In this document: one piece after another, positions 1-11,694 of the stretch | Position numbering within the stretch: position 1 is the first letter of the stretch | Layout of the letters: every line of letters begins with the position of its first letter | Source: Ginkgo biloba | Taxonomy: Eukaryota; Plantae; Ginkgophyta | Direction of reading: 5' to 3' | Length of the DNA: 25,890 bases | NCBI GenBank assembly: GCA_024626585.2 | Contig: JANKJI020000002.1 | Location: 263,193,687-263,219,576 of the forward strand | Position numbers and translations under genes: made by a program | The notes under the pieces: model-generated | Seen by the model: the letters and a program-made list of their open reading frames with translations, nothing else | The model's database searches: none | What the model was told of the DNA's origin: nothing

Positions 1-119
1 TAAATGTGCACTACCTATTAATTACGTTATTAACATGTTTATTTAGTCATCTTAGGTAGAGAATGATACATGTATAGTTATGGGAAAACTAAATTGTTTC
101 ACTATGGTTTTCAAAATCA

Positions 120-480
120 AATTCCTTTAACTATCAAAATCAAAGATAATTATAACCATAACTTCTTAATTTCAATCTTAATAACAAAGAGTTATTCCCT
201 ATAGGATTTGTCCCTTTGTTTATGTTCCATTAATTTTAATTTCTTATGGATATTTTAGAATATTTAATTTATTTCTCTATAGATTGAATAAGTGTGTTCA
301 TTTGTCTCTTTTCTTAATATAACTTCTAACAATTTACTTTTATAAGACTAAGGATTCTCCATTCCATACACTAAGGTATATTTTCCTTAATATGCTTCTA
401 ATCAAGAGCCTCTTGAGCCACTTTATTAGTCTACTTTTTATCTTGCCAAAAATTTAAAGGATGGTTTTTTAAGTTTTACT
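120..480 (-). pseudogene. Possible highly decayed retrotransposon gag relic
   Basis: Hand translation of the - strand gives KLMEHKQRDKSYRE*LF, loosely like the gag LxxLKQGxxSVxEY motif, with IFGKIKSRLIKWL upstream. Many stops and frameshifts; weak. Confidence 0.3.
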
Positions 481-1569
481 CCTTTTGATTCTTGGGTTGA
501 GTAGGAGCACTCTATTTACCTTAAGCACCAATAATATTGGATTTATTATAGGCCTTATCAAGATTCCTTACCATATTTCTAGTTCCTTTCGAATAGGTAT
601 GTACAACCCACGTATAAACTTCAAAGCCAAATGGTCTTCATCATTAGAAACTGATGCACCTGCTTGGTAGGAGGATGAAGGAATGGCCTTCACTTGTGTA
701 GTGGAAACAATTTGTAATTAAACCAAGGGATTGATCATATGTTGTAATTATCAAAATTATCCTCTGATCATGGAAATATAGTTCTATATCCTCTCTGTAT
801 GGTCTATTTATTATTTGTATGGCCAAAAACTTTAATACCATATAAATGCACTCTTTTACAGGGTCATATAGCAAAAATACACAACAACACTATAGAAATA
901 TGACGCATTTCCATGTACTAGAGATAAGTACCATAGAACTACACACAATACTACGGTGCACTCTGTAGAACATCTAAAAACTCGTTAAAAGGTTTCAAAA
1001 GCATGTGCCTTCGCACGTAGCCTGAGATAATGACTTGTACTATCTTTTTAGAGTCTCCAATAACTATAAAATACCCTAGAAGATACTCTATGCATGCATA
1101 TGATTGGACACAAGGATAAAAAATAATCTTTGCATAAGGATTCAAGATCAACCATAAGCTTCACAAGAAAATATTGGATAAATAAACAAAGCTTATATTA
1201 TTCCACAAGATTACTATGCACAAGTTACAAGACTTGGAGAAAGATAACAATTACAAGACCTTGACCAATGATCAAAATATTAAGAGTATAAATATGTGAT
1301 AACTTAGGGCAAGAGATTCCTTTATACAAAATCTCACTTTTGAANNNNNNNNNNNNNNNNNNNNNNNNNNNNNNNNNNNNNNNNNNNNNNNNNNNNNNNN
1401 NNNNNNNNNNNNNNNNNNNNNNNNNNNNNNNNNNNNNNNNNNNNNNNNNTATTGTCCATACATAGGCATAAGCTAAATAAAGAAAGAGAAGCTAGTGAGA
1501 GAAAACCTTAAATGGTAAAAAACTCTCTAAATAAATTCCCCATGGTCATAACCCCTTAATGAGATTAAA

Positions 1570-1768
1570 TCCATAGAACCATATGATATCTCTCCAAGGT
1601 AGATCAAAAATAAGGATCAAGAATCTAAGATATTATTAAATAATTAAATACAAGATAAAGTAGAAGAATGTGCCCAAAGAAGAAAAAAAAAAAAAAAATG
1701 ATGAGTTTATACAACAAAATATTATATTAACTATGCTTCAAGATAAACGTATCTTAAAATGGGGTGTA
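1570..1768 (+). pseudogene. Decayed chromodomain / 3' end of a Ty3/Gypsy chromovirus pol, ending in the PPT region
   Basis: Reads IEP...IIKYKIK*KNVPKEEKKKKNDEFIQQ...MLQDKRILKWGV, matching the chromovirus C-terminus EYLIKWKNLPxExATWExxxFI...LEDK. Ends in aaaatggggtgta immediately before the TG of the LTR. Confidence 0.7.
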
Positions 1769-2304
1769 TGTTATGACCCTAAGACACAACTAGAATATAA
1801 GGATCCCTAACCTAAGTTACAATGAATAAGTCTAAACATATATTGAAACATCCTTAAAATATCCTTACAAGGAGGGATCATATGTTTATTAATATAAGGA
1901 GTGGATTATTAGCAAAACAACACTTCTAGTCATCCTAGATGAAGCTAGAAGTGTGGAACTCATGTCTCAAGTATAAATAGAGATCATTCTCTCATTCTTT
2001 GGCATTAGTTCATCATACAAATTTCTTCTTCCACTTCAAGTAGTATAATAATTTTATGGGAAGGAGGTTCCCCCTATAATCATTCATGTGGGAAGTAGGT
2101 TCCCCACATCCATCTTTATTCTTCTCATTCTTCTCTTGATCTACTTATTATCTATAATATTTCATTGTGATTGGCTTACTATAAGAAACTAATTTGTTAT
2201 TATTAATAATACTTTATCAATTGTTTGAATTCATATATTTTAATTTTATCTATGATGTTATCCCTATGAGATTATTTAGTGACTATCCCAATTGGGTCAC
2301 TACA
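1769..2304 (+). repeat. LTR (536 bp) of a chromovirus-type Gypsy element
   Basis: Starts TGTTATGACCC and ends GGGTCACTACA (9/11 terminal inverted repeat, TG...CA). Internal TATA box gtataaatag at ~1971-1980. PPT-like tract upstream, PBS downstream. Confidence 0.85.
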
Positions 2305-2306
2305 AG

Positions 2307-2317
2307 TGGTATTAGAG
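2307..2317 (+). promoter_or_regulatory. Primer binding site for tRNA-iMet
   Basis: TGGTATTAGAG, one C>T from canonical TGGTATCAGAG, 2 nt after the LTR-terminal CA. Confidence 0.85.
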
Positions 2318-2347
2318 GAATCTATGATCTAATACTTAGTAAGGTAT

Positions 2348-3400
2348 ATGGTAAAAATAAGGAAGCAAGATAGTATGGAAGAAAGAGAGAAGATCCATGA
2401 AAAAAATTATAATAAATTGAATACATAGATGAACATAGTTGAAGGTTATCTCAAAGGTATAAATACAAACCTAGATTCTTTCAAAGAGGACATCATAGAT
2501 ATTCCATATTTTAAAGATGCCATCAGATATATATAAGAAAAACCATATGGGAGGTTAAGCATAAGTATAATTTAAAGTGATTAAAAACTACTAAACTAAG
2601 AAATGAAGAGAACAAATCAATTGGATAGAGGAGGAGATGATGGTGACAATAGTAATAAAACCATGCTAAATGAGGAATATCAAATGAACTCAAGAAGAAG
2701 AAATAAAAAAATGAGGAATATCAAATGAACTCGAGAAGAGGAAACAATAAAAACTCCAAAGGAAACCTTGCAACTACAAATTTTAAGCTTCAAGTTCCAT
2801 GGGGAGGTAGACATGCAAAAATGGGTCCAAAGAATAGAAATTGAATTCAAACAAGATGAGATAACTGATGAAAGGGACAAGGTAAAATGGAACCATGTTG
2901 TTCCATTTTAAAACTTCCATCGAGAATTATATAGGCAAACATATCAAAATTGGAGTAAGCCATAGAATGTGTAAATAACAAANNNNNNNNNNNNNNNNNN
3001 NNNNNNNNNNNNNNNNNNNCATGGAATAATACACTAAAAGATTTGAAGTATTGAAGAAAAAGGAAAAATTAAGTGAGGAAGATGCTCGAGAATTCTACAT
3101 TATAAATATAAGGGAAGAAATAAGAACAAAGGTAAGCAAGCACAAACTAGACTCCTTAGAATAGGGTATATATATGTGTAGACATGTAGAAGAAGGATAA
3201 ACAACATTAAGAAGGAGGTTTGCACTAACACAACCAAAAGATTCTAATTATGATCGTCAAGTTGTTTGACCCTTGAATATGCAATGATAAGAGACATAAA
3301 AGGAAGTAAAGAAGAAAATAAGACATTTCTACTGCTATGGAGAAACCTATATTAGGGATCATAAGTATCGACAAAGACAAAATAAGTTATTTATTTCAAG
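2348..3400 (+). pseudogene. gag: Decayed Gypsy gag with zinc-knuckle relic
   Basis: FKFHGEVDMQKWVQRIEIEFKQDEITDERDKVK (~2790-2890); E*YTKRFEVL...EFYIINIREEIRTKV...LDSLE (~3020-3200); knuckle relic HFYCYGETYIRDHKY (~3325-3370). Multiple stops. Confidence 0.75.
2668..2749 (+). repeat. 41 bp tandem duplication inside the gag relic
   Basis: aaatgaggaatatcaaatgaactc(a/g)agaaga(a/g)gaaa occurs at 2668 and 2709. Confidence 0.85.
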
Positions 3401-3585
3401 TGCACCAAAATAATAAAAGGTAGATGAAGAAATATGTAACGAAAAATAGATGGAACAAGAACCCAAGGCAGAATAAGCATTGGTATTGATAGAATAAAAA
3501 TTAGTACAATCAATGATAGAAATAAGATAAAAAAAAAAATTATTCATAGACCAGACTAGGATGACTCAACATGTTCCAAAAATAT

Positions 3586-3879
3586 AGATTTATTAAGAAA
3601 CTTAAACTATTGGTCATGGTAGAATCAGGAAGTACATTAAACATTTTGGATATGAGTAAAGTAAAAAGGTTAGGACTATATGTCGATATAAGAAAAATAT
3701 TTTCTATTTCAGTAATAGGAAACTTAAAATCATGTGTAAAGGAGTTGTAAGGAATGTTAAGCTAAAGATGGGAGATTATATGCTAAAAGACCCACTCTTC
3801 ATTATAAATATTAGAGGTGTGGATGTAGTACCAAGAGTGCAATGGATCTACAATCTAGGGACATATATTACCAACCATA
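3586..3879 (+). pseudogene. pol: Gypsy aspartic protease relic (catalytic DSG mutated to ESG)
   Basis: LLVMVESGSTLNILD...CKGVVRNVKLKMGDYMLKDPLFIINIRGVDVVPRVQWIYNLG matches IDSGSTHNF...GVDVVLGVQWLxTLG. Confidence 0.85.
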
Positions 3880-4697
3880 NNNNNNNNNNNNNNNNNNNNN
3901 NNNNNNNNNNNNNNNNNNNNNNNNNNNNNNNNNNNNNNNNNNNNNNNNNNNNNNNNNNNNNNNNNNNNNNNNNNNNNNNNNNNNNNNNNNNNNNNNNNNN
4001 NNNNNNNNNNNNNNNNNNNNNNNNNNNNNNNNNNNNNNNNNNNNNNNNNNNNNNNNNNNNNNNNNNNNNNNNNNNNNNNNNNNNNNNNNNNNNNNNNNNN
4101 NNNNNNNNNNNNNNNNNNNNNNNNNNNNNNNNNNNNNNNNNNNNNNNNNNNNNNNNNNNNNNNNNNNNNNNNNNNNNNNNNNNNNNNNNNNNNNNNNNNN
4201 NNNNNNNNNNNNNNNNNNNNNNNNNNNNNNNNNNNNNNNNNNNNNNNNNNNNNNNNNNNNNNNNNNNNNNNNNNNNNNNNNNNNNNNNNNNNNNNNNNNN
4301 NNNNNNNNNNNNNNNNNNNNNNNNNNNNNNNNNNNNNNNNNNNNNNNNNNNNNNNNNNNNNNNNNNNNNNNNNNNNNNNNNNNNNNNNNNNNNNNNNNNN
4401 NNNNNNNNNNNNNNNNNNNNNNNNNNNNNNNNNNNNNNNNNNNNNNNNNNNNNNNNNNNNNNNNNNNNNNNNNNNNNNNNNNNNNNNNNNNNNNNNNNNN
4501 NNNNNNNNNNNNNNNNNNNNNNNNNNNNNNNNNNNNNNNNNNNNNNNNNNNNNNNNNNNNNNNNNNNNNNNNNNNNNNNNNNNNNNNNNNNNNNNNNNNN
4601 NNNNNNNNNNNNNNNNNNNNNNNNNNNNNNNNNNNNNNNNNNNNNNNNNNNNNNNNNNNNNNNNNNNNNNNNNNNNNNNNNNNNNNNNNNNNNNNNN

Positions 4698-5760
4698 GAA
4701 TATCTAGATCACCTTGATCAATCCCTTGACATCCTGGAGTAATATAAGACATATGAAAAGGAATAAAAGTTTTCTTTAAAAAAATAATCATTGGAGTACA
4801 TAGGAAATATCATAATAGGAAAATGAGAGTCAATCCATCCAAAATCAAAGTCATAAAGAATTAGCCACGACCAAAGATAATAAAAAAATTAAGGGGGTTT
4901 CTTGGACTAAGTACATTCTACAGGAAGTTCCTAAGAAACTACACAACTATTGTAGAACCACTTATATACCTAACAAACAAATATGCATTTAAATGGAGNN
5001 NNNNNNNNNNNNNNNNNNNNNNNNNNNNNNNNNNNNNNNNNNNNNNNNNNNNNNNNNNNNNNNNNNNNNNNNNNNNNNNNNNNNNNNNNNNNNAAGACTT
5101 CACTATGGAATGCGTTACATCCAGAACATGAATTAGAGTAGTATTGATGCAACATAGGATACCTATCACATTTGATATTCAAAAGGTCAATGATAGGAAA
5201 AATGGGATGCTAACATATAATGAGGAAATGTTGTCCATTATACATAGGTTAGAGAAGTGGAGACACTACTTGTTGGGTAGTAAATTTGAGGTCAAGATAG
5301 ATCATAGTAGTCTAAATCATCTATTATAATAAGATCCATTAACTAATGAACAATGTAAATGGGTGGATAAAATATAAGCCTTCGAATTTGAAATAGTATA
5401 TAAAGAAATAAAATAAAATGTCATCATTGATTCCTTATTGAACAAGTATGAAGACCATGAATGCAATAAAATGACAATCATAAAACTAGTTTGGGAAGAT
5501 GAATTACATGCACATTAAAATAAGAGTCTAGATATAAGAAAGCTACTCAAAGATATCATCAATAATAAAATATATTATAGATAAATGGTGCATAATGGAA
5601 TTATTATATTTAAAAATAGAATAATACCTAAACAGAGGGTCAAAATTGATCAAAGTACCAATACTTGGAGAAGTTCATGATAGCCCACAAGAATTACATA
5701 TAGGGTTTAATAAGACATGTACATAAACATAAAAATTCCTTCTTGTAAAATAAAATAAAG
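4698..5760 (+). pseudogene. pol: Gypsy pol relic: RT C-terminus, RNase H and start of the integrase Zn-binding region
   Basis: RT: VNPSKIKVIKN*PRPKIIKKLRGFLGLSTFYRKF...AFKW. RNase H: KTFTMECVTS...EEMLSIIHRLEKWRHYLLGSKFEVKIDHSSLNHLL...KWVDKI*AFEFEIVYK. INT: GEVHDSPQELHIGFNKT. Order RT-RH-INT is Gypsy-type. Confidence 0.9.
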
Positions 5761-6299
5761 NNNNNNNNNNNNNNNNNNNNNNNNNNNNNNNNNNNNNNNN
5801 NNNNNNNNNNNNNNNNNNNNNNNNNNNNNNNNNNNNNNTGAATAAAACTTAGTAATTGTAATCAAAATACCATCATATATAGAATATAAACTAGTAACTT
5901 TTATTAATATTTATTAAAGAAAATTTATAGAGCCAAAAAATAGAGATCCAGAATACTATTTTTTTTCTTACATAAGACTCATTTATCCCATCCCCTCACA
6001 GATTATATAACATACCCCATAATAGAATGTGAGGGCTTCCTATAATCATGCATGCATGTCTAGAATCTATGCCCATATGTCTAGAATATGTACACATATA
6101 TTTGCCTACCANNNNNNNNNNNNNNNNNNNNNNNNNNNNNNNNNNNNNNNNNNNNNNNNNNNNNNNNNNNNNNNNNNNNNNNNNNNNNNNNNNNNNNNNN
6201 NNNNNNNNNNNGTTGATACAAAATCTTCATAATGAAATCACTTCTTTAAAAATATAAGTAAGAGAGGGAAGGAGGCCTTTCTTTTAGACAGATAAAAAT

Positions 6300-7959
6300 T
6301 CGTCTTAGGTAAAAGATCGAAAAAACCACGCAAGAAAACCTTACCACCTACCAGTGCTAAAACCCTGTGCTAAATTGTAGATTCTACCAAGAGCATCATC
6401 CATGAGAGACTTGTATGAATTTCTTAAGATTCCACTAATTATCAATCCACCCAGTTGAGTGATCAGATTTAGGTTCCTCTAATGCTAATTCCATGTTCGC
6501 AAAAGAATGGATGCCATCTAATATGACCAACCACAAGGCACGGAGTGAAGAAGAAATTTTAGGGGAGATGGTGGTCTAGAAGGAGAGTAAAACTAATCAG
6601 TCATATGCCAAGAATGTTATGAAAGACCAACCATCAATATCTGGGTCCTAACCCATCAATCAAGGTTTTATATCCCAGCAAAGATCAAACCATTTAAGAA
6701 GAATAGAGAATGTTTTCCCTATAGGGTATGATATGGGTAATGATCTTGCTAAACATTCAACAAGCATGACTATATTGGGTGCGTTGAAAGCCCCTTATTA
6801 TTTGAAAAATATTAACAAGGCATTATAGGAAAATGCCACTACCTTGATTATTATTCTCATGAGAATTGATATGCCTATTCATCCTACTAACTTTGCATTT
6901 TATATGTCATCGAGGATACAAGATCATGTACTGCACAATTATATGATTAATACTGGAGAAACCCATAATATAATGCCTTATAACATTATGGAAAAGTTAC
7001 GATTAAAATGTACTAAGTCTATTGAGCCTGTGTTAGCAATGGAGTCTAGGTCTGTGAAGATAATTGGTGAGATCAGGGACCTTTGAATTCATATGCACTA
7101 GACCCTTCTGTTAACTATGTAGTTATGATTGTACTGATAGTGGATTTCACAGAGGCATATTCCATATTTGATTGAAGGGACTGGACTACTTCTCTTAGTG
7201 GTTTGATGATTATGGATGGGTCGTTTATGATGATTCATCACCAGCAATAGTATATTAGGAACTGTGTCATTGAGTATACATAGAGAGTTCATACAGTGTA
7301 CAAGCCGAGGTTTATTTCCTAGAGACCAACTCGAGCACTTATGATGTTAGAATCATACGAGAAAAGATAATTGAAGATATAAGAAGAATAAGATCACATC
7401 ATTTGGACCATATTTTCTCAGGGAGTCAAGTTGAATTCAGAGGACAGAGAAGGTGTAATTCTTGAATAACGTTTTGGAATTAGAAGACTTAAAGCATATA
7501 TGGAATCTGAGCTAGGTATGAATCAAGTATGGGATATGTGCACTACTGAGAATGATCGACTTGATTAGTATAAGAATCGAGTGTAGAATATAATTGAATA
7601 GTTTTTTGCCTTCTCGATCACTGGTATTTTGAGTAAATAAAATCAACACAAAAACTCGTTGATTGGGTTTGCTTCTTTTTCTTCCCCTTGTCCTTCATCA
7701 TCTCATAAGAGATTTATTAATAAAATTATCATTATGCCCCGAGTTCCTGACAACATAGAATATTGGTAGCATTTTGAAGAGGATGATCAAGTACTTAGGT
7801 TCCTGTGGGAAGAAGAGAAGTATAAAATGAATTATGCAAAAGATCAGGGACTTTAGAATGAATCCTTGGCGAACCAGTCTGTAAGTGATGAAGGGATTAT
7901 CCAACTAGGAAGCAATGAAATACTGAAGAGATTGGTAATTTTAGAATCATTGTTTAACG
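6300..7959 (+). mobile_element. Degenerate Tat-type (non-chromovirus) Gypsy fragment: gag knuckle, protease, aRH, pre-RT linker
   Basis: Knuckle CRFYQEHHP*ETC (6376-6414). Protease FYMSSRIQDHVLHNYMINTGETHNIMP...AMESRSVKIIGEIRDL (consensus LHNCMLDSGASHNIMP). Later PRVPDNIEYW*HFEEDDQVLRFL and IIQLGSNEILKRLVILESLFN. Similarity stops abruptly at ~7959. Confidence 0.85.
7401..7680 (+). pseudogene. Additional archaeal-type RNase H (aRH) relic downstream of the protease
   Basis: One frame reads IWTIFSQGVKLNSEDREGVILE*RFGIRRLKAYMESELGMNQV...RLD*YKNRV*NIIE*FFAFSI...NQHKNSL, matching WxMYFDG...GAGVIL...GIxxLxVYGDSELVINQV...NxxADSLA. Confidence 0.8.
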
Positions 7960-9383
7960 CGGGCTATATACGTTGTTTGGATTTAAGATTATCCAAGCAA
8001 ATAAAAAAAAAAGGATCTCCGAGTTTGACATNNNNNNNNNNNNNNNNNNNNNNNNNNNNNNNNNNNNNNNNNNNNNNNNNNNNNNNNNNNNNNNNNNNNN
8101 NNNNNNNNNNNNNNNNNNNNNNNNNNNNNNNTTGGATTTAAGATTATCCAAGCAAATAAAAAAAAAAGGATCTCCGAGTTTGACATCGATCCTGGAGATG
8201 GATCGAAGATCATTCATAGCTGTTAAGGTTATACCAAGAAAAAACTGCTAAAATATATGATATCAAATGAAAGGCGCGCATCGATCTTAAGAGAGAAAAG
8301 AATAATCCATGAAGAGATACGTTTATTATAAATTATGTGGACACATGTATAGTGGCCGTTGTTTTCTCATATGTTAAAAGAAACCAAGATATATAAATAT
8401 TATAAAAATCCTTGTTTTATTCATAGAAGTGAAGACCAATTGAGGAAATTCATACACTTAAATATACAAGACTCAAGACATTTCCCCTAGATCAACGGAT
8501 GAATACAATATCAAAGACTTGTAGCAATTAATATTGATTTTCATTGATAACTAAGTCATCCATTATTTAGGGTTCTTATATCGGATTGTCCAGTTTCTTA
8601 TCCTCCATCCCATAATCCTCTATGCCAATATTATTTCACATCACATATGGAGTTTTTTTCCATAATGTTTTGACTTAAATTGGTATGAGATAGGAAGGAT
8701 AACTCGAGACGAGAAAAAGAAAAGATTTTAATGTATAAGATTCACCTCTAGTGGAAAGTTAAGCGAACAAGAATTGAAAAGTTCGATGCTTGCATGTTGA
8801 AGATTGGTTGAGTAAGGATTAGATATGACAATATTTTTCTTTCTTACCCTTTTCCAATCACACTAAGGACTTAGTGTAGTTTAAATTACATTTATTTCTA
8901 CTTTGTTGGTTTTCTCTCCAGATATTCAGACCTTTATCAAGACCGCTGCATGTCAGTACACGTTTTTTATGGGAAGAGGATTTGTATAGAATTCTCATTA
9001 CTAATGAATATCGTCCACATGTTTCACACATACTTATGTGAGGCTTTAATGTCATGAAATTAGTTATGAGAAACAAAGTGTGTTCCATCATCAGACCTCT
9101 TCTCATTTATTATTCTTTTCAATTCCTCCTATTCCATATCCATTACATTAACGTTGCTTCTAATGCCAAATTTACTACCTGCATGCTTCATCGTCCCTAG
9201 CTGTATTTCAAGGAGATAGTGGCGTCGATCACACAATAGGTAAGGGCTCCATATTAACCGCAACTACACCCACTTCCACAGTTCTTCCCCATCCCTCCCA
9301 TACCATCCGTACCACCATACAGATAGTTTAGTGCAAATATGTTTGAATAAGAAATTATTTTTGGACCTTCTATAAGCAAATGC

Positions 9384-9965
9384 TTCCTTTCTAAGAAATA
9401 TTGTTTGAGTTATACTCTTCATTTTTTTGCTTTTTATGCCCATATAAAATTGAATTTATATAGAAAGTTCTGCATTTTAGAAGTTCCTGGTGCATGGATT
9501 ATGCCTTAGTAGTCATCCTTTCAAGGTTTTCTTCCATGTGCAACGACATGATTCACCCATAACAAGTACAAAACAATACAATGACTATAGACTTGAGATC
9601 CAAGAGAAGGATTGCATGCGATCTTATGTCATGCTGACTGGCATCGACTTTGGAACGAAAGTAACTTGAGGTGATAGTCTTATTCATCTGACATATCCTG
9701 CATTTTAAAGATTTGAATCTAAATCATTGTCAGGATTAATCCACCTCTCTTATGCCCTACATTCCTCTCTAACGCACATATCCCAAAAATGATGCGATTC
9801 AGCCGCCAAAGAAAATATAGTCTAAATAAGCTAAAGGAGTTTTTTCACCTATGGAATGAGATAGTGTGGCATCTTCCCACCCTACGAGGGTTTTTTCCTC
9901 CCAAGTTAGAATGCCTTCTTGACCCATGTATGGGACCCCCTCCTTTATATCATGCATTTTTACAG
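9384..9965 (+). repeat. Left arm of a long inverted repeat (>=580 bp)
   Basis: Reverse complement of 10942-11523. Hand count gives 8 mismatches in the inner 185 bp; the outer part is more diverged. Mirrored ORFs 9789+ and 11118- in the ORF track. Confidence 0.95.
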
Positions 9966-10941
9966 GTAACCAAAATAATATCACATGGTAAATAAAGATT
10001 AAACTAAAGATTGACAAGAGTGTGCCAAGAGAAGACAAGAATGAAGAGTTGAAGAAAGAAGTTGTTTTAACAATGGGACTACTCCCAAAACTTAAGAGTT
10101 CATCATTTGAAAGCACCTTGAATTTTGACAATAAAAAGGAAAATGATAAAAGCATAAGATTCCAAGTATACTTGATACTTTAAAAATGGGTCATGTTTAG
10201 TTTCGGGCTTTCAGGGATTTTATGGTATAAACAAATTATGTTTGTTTTCTCTCTTCATAAAACTCCAAAGATATCACAACTTGAAATGAAAAAGGAGTAT
10301 GATTACGAGACCTTTGGACCCGTTAAGAGAAAAAATTATCAACAAGTAAAAGGATCAAGTCTGCCCTTGCTTAAGGACGGAGTTTAAAAGTTTGGAGTTT
10401 TACAAGGAATGACTCAATAAATAAATTATTTCCTAGTGCAGACCCGAACATAAGTTCAATATAAGTTAATGAAATAAAAGAAGGAGCATTTAAGGGTTTC
10501 ATGTTTTTGGACTTCAAAATGATATAAGGAAATGCTATTTTATTATAGACCCAAGTGCAAAATAAACTCTAGTCAATTCATAACTCACATCTGAAACTGC
10601 ATCAAATGACATATTCAGGATTTGAGTTTTAGAATATATGAAATATAAAGAGTCAACCAGTCATTTTTTCTGGCCCCCACATACTCGAAAAGGGGATAAA
10701 ATGGAATTGAACGTAGGTCATTCTGAGGTGTGATCTTCTGGGTAAGTTGCAAGATAAGGCTTAAATTCATACAACTAAAAGTAAATTTTAAAGGGGTAGA
10801 TAAATAATACATTCATCCAAGTTCAATAACTATAAAGTGTANNNNNNNNNNNNNNNNNNNNNNNNNNNNNNNNNNNNNNNNNNNNNNNNNNNNNNNNNNN
10901 NNNNNNNNNNNNNNNNNNNNNNNNNNNNNNNNNNNNNNNNN

Positions 10942-11523
10942 CTGTAAAAATGCATGATATAAAGGAGGGGGTCCCATACATGGGTCAAGAAGGCATCCTA
11001 ACTTGGGAGGAAAAAACCCTCGTAGGGTAGGAAGATCCCACACTATCTCATTCCATAGGTGAAAAAACTCCTTTAACTTATTTAGACTATATTTTCTTTG
11101 GCTAGTGAATAGCATCATTTTTGGGATATGTGCATTGGAGAGGAATGTAGGACATAAGAGAGGTGGATTAATCCTGACAATGATTTAGATTCAGATCTTT
11201 AAAATGCACGATATGCCATATTAATAAGACTATAATCTCAAGTTACTTTCATTCCAAAGTCGACGCCAGTCAACATGATCATAAGATCACATGCAATCTT
11301 TCTCTTGGATCTCAAGTCTATAGTCACTATATTGTTTTGTACTTTGATATGGGTGAATCATGCCATTGCACATGGAAGAAAAGCTTAAAAGGATGACTAC
11401 CAAGGCAAAATCCATGCACTAGAAACTTCTAAAATGCAGAACTTTCTATATAAAGACAATTACATAGGCATAAAAAGCATAAAAATGAAGAGTATAACTC
11501 AAAAAATATTTCATAGAAAGGAA
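10942..11523 (-). repeat. Right arm of the long inverted repeat (inner end hidden by an N gap)
   Basis: ctgtaaaaatgcatg...tagaaaggaa is the reverse complement of ttcctttcta...catgcatttttacag. Confidence 0.95.
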
Positions 11524-11694
11524 CACTATGTTGACTAATGAAAATATTTTTACTAGTCTCCATGTTTACTTTCACATTCGAATTTGCATTCACGTTAACT
11601 ATTTCAAACATCTCCTTTCATGTTTTGGCACATGATTACATCACCTTCCCTACTAGGGGTTTGTAGATAAGTTCCAATCAACATAAAATGGCAG

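Larger units (their letters stand above)
1570..5760 (+). mobile_element. Degenerate Ty3/Gypsy chromovirus (Reina/Tekay-like), 3' part lost in a gap
   Basis: Collinear CHD-PPT-LTR-PBS(Met)-gag-PR-[gap]-RT-RH-INT on one strand. Confidence 0.85.

Noticed and set aside
1080-1343. Possible PBS/LTR for the weak gag relic at the window start
   Set aside because: No convincing TGG-initiated PBS or LTR terminus could be identified.
3732-4791. Long 290-336 aa ORFs in the track, and other X-containing ORFs
   Set aside because: Their length comes from N runs; only the flanks are real (protease and RT relics).
6046-6100. Two atgtctagaat copies 21 bp apart
   Set aside because: Too short and truncated by a gap to interpret.
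7977-8186. Identical 55 bp direct repeat (7977-8031 and 8132-8186)
   Set aside because: The copies sit exactly on either side of a 100-N gap, typical of unmerged contig overlap rather than a real repeat.
8400-9380. Possible host exon(s), including ORF 8858-9106
   Set aside because: No recognisable motif in the frames translated and no consistent splice structure.
9789-11118. Pair of near-identical short ORFs as duplicated genes
   Set aside because: A by-product of the inverted repeat; no recognisable protein.
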